From an uncultured Verrucomicrobiae bacterium (GTDB taxonomy: Bacteria > Verrucomicrobiota > Verrucomicrobiia > Chthoniobacterales > UBA10450), in NCBI GenBank assembly GCA_963735805.1, contig CAVTMK010000004.1, forward strand, positions 160,001 through 224,000: a DNA stretch of 64,000 nucleotides, written 5' to 3'. A program made the translations under genes and the position numbers. A model generated the notes under the pieces. The model saw only the letters and a list, made by a program, of their open reading frames with translations, made no database searches and was not told the origin of the DNA. This document shows, in pieces, positions 60,406 to 64,000 of the stretch. Position 1 is the stretch's first letter, and each line of letters starts with the position of its first letter.

Positions 60406-60439
60406 GGCGGCGATCTGAGTAGGATCGCCGCCACTTTTT
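60406..60439 (+). terminator. Rho-independent terminator
   Basis: GGCGGCGATC-TGAGTAG-GATCGCCGCC followed by ACTTTTT. Confidence 0.85.
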
Positions 60440-60581
60440 CCGTCGCGAAGCGATCGTTAAGAAAGTTACAAGGTTAAACGGCAGACTCTCGATTTTGTTC
60501 TTTGGCAGGTCTCGTAGCAATCGGTATGCTTGATCCCCGAACCGCTGTTGAAGATAACGACTAGGTCGCAGGTGATACTTC

Positions 60582-60791
60582 TCAGCTCTGTTTTCTTGCC
60601 AAGGAGAACAAAAACAGAAGGATCCCCAACCCTGCGAAAACCGCAGCTGCGACGAACCCTGTCGTCGAAATTTCAGCGCGTGACTGAAAACTCGATTTAA
60701 AGTGAGCCGCCGTGCCGATCAAGAAAAACAGAAATCCCAGGCAGATAAGGATCAGACTGATTGCCTTTTGGTCATCGGACGAAATTTTCAT
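60582..60791 (-). CDS. Small 2-TM membrane protein
   Basis: MKISSDDQK start, two hydrophobic helices, basic tail. Confidence 0.5.
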   Translation of the reverse strand: MKISSDDQKAISLILICLGFLFFLIGTAAHFKSSFQSRAEISTTGFVAAAVFAGLGILLFLFSLARKQS

Positions 60792-60859
60792 TTGGTGGTG
60801 AGCAATCAAATATAAGATGGAGCTTAAAATCAAGTGCACTCTTTAAATAGAAAGCATTA

Positions 60860-62605
60860 ATGTGGATGGTGCGCTCGATTAAGATCGGTTTTGGGCTGCT
60901 CGCCCTATTGATTGTAAGTTTTCCACTTAACGCCCAGATCGACCGCATTACTGGAAGGAATTTCGTCACGCGATCGGAAGTTCTGGGACGACATGGAATG
61001 GTCTGCACAAGCGTGCCGGCAGCTACGGAAGTGGGTGTCGATATCTTAAAACACGGCGGCAGCGCCGTGGATGCGGCAATTGCCGCAAATGCAACGCTCG
61101 GTTTGATGGAGCCTGTGTCCAACGGAATTGGCGGCGATCTGTTCGCAATCGTTTATAGCGCGAAGGAAAACAAACTCTACGGAATCAATGGCAGTGGCCG
61201 TTCACCACTCGGTTTGAGCTATGATCAGATGAAGGCCGAGTTGGCGAAACTGCATCGTGAAACAATTCCTCCTACCGGCATGTTGCCAATCAGCGTGCCC
61301 GGAGCAGTGGATGCCTGGGCGGAGCTGCACAAGAAATTCGGTAAGCTGAAATTGAGCGACGATCTTGCGCCTGCGATTCGATATGCCGAAGAGGGTTTTC
61401 CGGTTACGGAGTTGATTGCTTATTACTGGGCGTTTGGTCCGCGGTTATATAAGGGATTGCCAGGGGCGTTTCTCGAGACCTATACCCTCGACGGAAAAGG
61501 CCGTACACCGGCAAAGGGCGATATTTTTAAGAATCCTGATCTTGCAAAGAATTTGCGGTTGATCGGAGAAAAAGGCCGCGACGCCTTTTATAAGGGCGAG
61601 ATCGCGGACAAGGTCGACGAGTTCATGCGGGCAAATGGCGGTTTTTTGCGGAAAGCTGATTTCGAAAAACATACATCGACCTGGGTCGAGCCGGTGTCGA
61701 CGACTTATCGTGGTTATCAGGTCTTCGAGCTTCCACCGAACGGTCAGGGCATCGCGGCTTTGCAAATGTTGAACATACTCGAAGGATTCGATCTGCGTGC
61801 CATGGGACGCAATTCGCCTGAAACGCTTCACGCCATGATCGAAGCAAAGAAAATCGCGTGGGCCGATCGGGCGAAGTTTTATGCCGATCCTGCATTCGCC
61901 AAGATTCCGCTTGCCGGTCTACTTTCGAAAAATTACGCAGCGGAGCGTCGAAAGTTGATCGATCCCAATCACGCGGCAAAGAAGGTCGAAGCGGGCAATC
62001 CGGCGCTCGATCAAGGTGACACGATTTACATGTGTACGGCCGATGACGAAGGCAACATGGTCTCGCTCATACAAAGCAATTACCGCGGAATGGGCAGTGG
62101 CATCGTGGTGCCCGGACTCGGATTCATGTTTCAGGATCGCGGTGAACTTTTTTCCATGGATCCCAACCACGCGAACGTTTACGCGCCGGGCAAGCGTCCG
62201 TTTCACACCATCATTCCCGGTTTCGTGATGAAAGATGGTAAACCATGGGAAGCGTTCGGCGTCATGGGCGGCGGGATGCAGCCGCAGGGCCACGTCCAAG
62301 TGCTGACAAACCAAATCGATTTCGGACTAAACGTCCAGGAAGCCGGAGATGCCTCTCGCTGGCAGCACGAAGGCGACAACGAACCAACCGGCGAAAAAAT
62401 GTCTGAATCAGGCGGGTACGTCGAAGTCGAAAGCGGCATTCCGTATGAGACCGTACGGGAATTGCGCAAGAAAGGACACGAGATGCGTTTCGACGTCGGC
62501 GGCTACGGCGGTTACCAGGCGATCAGAGTCGAAATGCACGATGGCCAGCGCGTCTATGTGGGAGCAAGTGAATCACGCAAGGATGGAATGGCGGCGGGGT
62601 ATTGA
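60860..62605 (+). CDS. ggt: Gamma-glutamyltransferase
   Basis: Signal peptide; GGSAVDAAIA, GIGGD, PPNGQG, autocleavage GD|TIY, KRPFHTI and GVMGG..QPQGH motifs. Confidence 0.95.
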   Translation: MWMVRSIKIGFGLLALLIVSFPLNAQIDRITGRNFVTRSEVLGRHGMVCTSVPAATEVGVDILKHGGSAVDAAIAANATLGLMEPVSNGIGGDLFAIVYSAKENKLYGINGSGRSPLGLSYDQMKAELAKLHRETIPPTGMLPISVPGAVDAWAELHKKFGKLKLSDDLAPAIRYAEEGFPVTELIAYYWAFGPRLYKGLPGAFLETYTLDGKGRTPAKGDIFKNPDLAKNLRLIGEKGRDAFYKGEIADKVDEFMRANGGFLRKADFEKHTSTWVEPVSTTYRGYQVFELPPNGQGIAALQMLNILEGFDLRAMGRNSPETLHAMIEAKKIAWADRAKFYADPAFAKIPLAGLLSKNYAAERRKLIDPNHAAKKVEAGNPALDQGDTIYMCTADDEGNMVSLIQSNYRGMGSGIVVPGLGFMFQDRGELFSMDPNHANVYAPGKRPFHTIIPGFVMKDGKPWEAFGVMGGGMQPQGHVQVLTNQIDFGLNVQEAGDASRWQHEGDNEPTGEKMSESGGYVEVESGIPYETVRELRKKGHEMRFDVGGYGGYQAIRVEMHDGQRVYVGASESRKDGMAAGY

Positions 62606-62632
62606 CGCCTTTTAAGGAATCCGTTTTCTTAT

Positions 62633-62956
62633 TTATTCGCCAGCGATCCGATCCAGATGAACCTGGCGAAGATAAAGGAACAAGGGCAATCCAAGTGACA
62701 CCCCGACTAGGCCTGTGGCGGCGATCGGGAGCCAAAAATTGCGCATACCCAAACGTGATCCCTCTACAGCGATAAAGGCGCAGAGCACTACTGCCGAAAC
62801 CAAGACGTCCAGCCCGAAGAAGCTGCTAATTCGGTTGGCAAACAACTGCTGAACGAAAAGCGACAAATTGAGCCCGTGTTCTGCCACCCATCGGACAAAT
62901 TGCCAGTAAGGCAGCAAAAAGCCGACAACACACAAAACGAGGTAGAGGCGCTTCAC
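62633..62956 (-). CDS. DUF2834-like membrane protein
   Basis: FAN.IS.FF..DV.VS and VGVSLGLPLFLYLR motifs. Confidence 0.75.
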   Translation of the reverse strand: MKRLYLVLCVVGFLLPYWQFVRWVAEHGLNLSLFVQQLFANRISSFFGLDVLVSAVVLCAFIAVEGSRLGMRNFWLPIAATGLVGVSLGLPLFLYLRQVHLDRIAGE

Positions 62957-62960
62957 CGGA

Positions 62961-63548
62961 TCAATTCTTTGGCGCTTTTAGCTCGGCGAGTTTTTCCTGC
63001 GCGCGATCGACATCATCCTTTCCTGCGATTCCCAGTTTAAGAAGCTTTTGCTGGCGCCGTAAGTTTGCTTCCGCGGCCTCAAGCTCGGCGCGCTCGCGTT
63101 TCGCCGTTGCGACTTGCGCGGCTTCGGTTAATTGCGCGAGCGCTGTTCTCATTGATTCCAGTTCGTCCCTGGTGATTTCACCAGTTGCAAGTTGAGACTC
63201 TTTTTCGGCGAATTCTTCTTTCGCACGAGCGACGCGAGCATTTGCCAGATCTGATTCACACCGCACTACTTTCAACGAGCGTTGCTCCACTTCCATTTTC
63301 GCCAGCACGCCAATTTTCCAGAGGCGTTCAGCGCCCGCGGCATTTTTTTTGGCACGTTCCAATTGCTTTTCCAAACGCGCCACATCGTCGTCCGGCAACT
63401 GCTCGTCCGAGAGGTTTTGCTTCAATATTGGGGGCTCGACGTCGAACGAATCGGGTTCCTCGGATTTGTTTCCGGCGGATTGATCCGCCCCCCACGCCGC
63501 CATCGCCAGAACGACGAGCGTGACCGGCAGGGCGAAAATGCGGGCCAT
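62961..63548 (-). CDS. Secreted alpha-helical coiled-coil hypothetical protein
   Basis: Signal peptide; repeated R..KL.K.G....E/D helical-hairpin units. Confidence 0.65.
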   Translation of the reverse strand: MARIFALPVTLVVLAMAAWGADQSAGNKSEEPDSFDVEPPILKQNLSDEQLPDDDVARLEKQLERAKKNAAGAERLWKIGVLAKMEVEQRSLKVVRCESDLANARVARAKEEFAEKESQLATGEITRDELESMRTALAQLTEAAQVATAKRERAELEAAEANLRRQQKLLKLGIAGKDDVDRAQEKLAELKAPKN

Positions 63549-63657
63549 CTCGCGAGCTTACCACAAATTTGCTGCACCGGCATCGCCGATGCTGTGTTGC
63601 AATGAACTCCAGCTGAAACAAAAAGCCGCCACGCAGAGAAGCGGGGCGGCTTCTTTG

Positions 63658-63708
63658 CTGCAGCCGAGATCGTCGATCGCGGCCCGCGATCAATTACCGC
63701 AGCTACAG
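63658..63708. repeat. REP-like palindrome
   Basis: CTGCAGCCGAGATCGTCGATCGCGGCCCGCGATCAATTACCGCAGCTACAG, imperfect inverted repeat ending in CTACA. Confidence 0.5.
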
Positions 63709-63715
63709 AAATCAA

Positions 63716-64000
63716 CTATTTGTTGGCGACCGTTCGCGGGGCAGGCTTGCTCATCTCAACCTGGGTGCTCACTTTTTGGATTTGCGCGGCCTGCTCTTTG
63801 AGCTGGGCTGTGAGAACCCCCACTGTGGACTTCAGCTCCGCAATGTTTGTTTGCTGTTCCTCAACTTTCTTGTGCTCTTTGAGGAACTCGTTGAGCAACA
63901 TCGCGTTGATCTGCTCGTAGCGCACGGTCTGGGGTGCACCGTTCTTGTCGCGCACCACCAGGTCGCGGTCCACCTGGGCCACATCCTCGGCGATTAGACC
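63716..64000 (-). CDS. S74/ICA fibre protein, copy 3 (C-terminal part; 5' end outside window)
   Basis: GLIAEDVAQVDRDLVVRD..G....VRYEQINAMLLNEFLKEH plus coiled coil, matching copies 1 and 2. Confidence 0.85.
   Translation of the reverse strand, partial: GLIAEDVAQVDRDLVVRDKNGAPQTVRYEQINAMLLNEFLKEHKKVEEQQTNIAELKSTVGVLTAQLKEQAAQIQKVSTQVEMSKPAPRTVANK

Overview
Core-chromosome segment of a soil Verrucomicrobiota bacterium, most likely Chthoniobacterales/Spartobacteria ('Ca. Udaeobacter'-like). The taxonomy is inferred from gene content (DUF5069, DUF4912, repeated S74-fibre genes, wHTH-TPR regulator), not from a marker gene. Housekeeping genes include metF (partial), mnmG, plsY, gpsA, purN, thyA, dnaK-groES-groEL, hsp20-lon, pdxH, a cysteine desulfurase, hisC, mnmE, pyrD and ggt. 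There are many peptidases and amidohydrolases, two amino-acid permeases, a MurU/AmgK-like pair and a small toxin-antitoxin pair. The most interesting signals are: (1) three paralogous repeat-rich proteins ending in a phage-type peptidase-S74 autocleaving chaperone. The two complete ones carry signal peptides and lie divergent from a membrane-anchored ToxR/CadC-like wHTH-TPR regulator, with a 10-bp-phased direct repeat between them. (2) An ECF sigma/anti-sigma/Spy-like locus with two matching divergent promoters. (3) A parS site embedded in mnmG coding sequence. (4) A sigma-54-type promoter in front of dnaK-groESL. (5) A dispersed GTAG-footed REP-like repeat family and short tandem intergenic repeats. 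(6) A frameshifted dirigent/allene-oxide-cyclase-like gene. No rRNA, tRNA, CRISPR array, integrase or transposase was recognised. All family calls come from visual motif recognition; no database searches were run.
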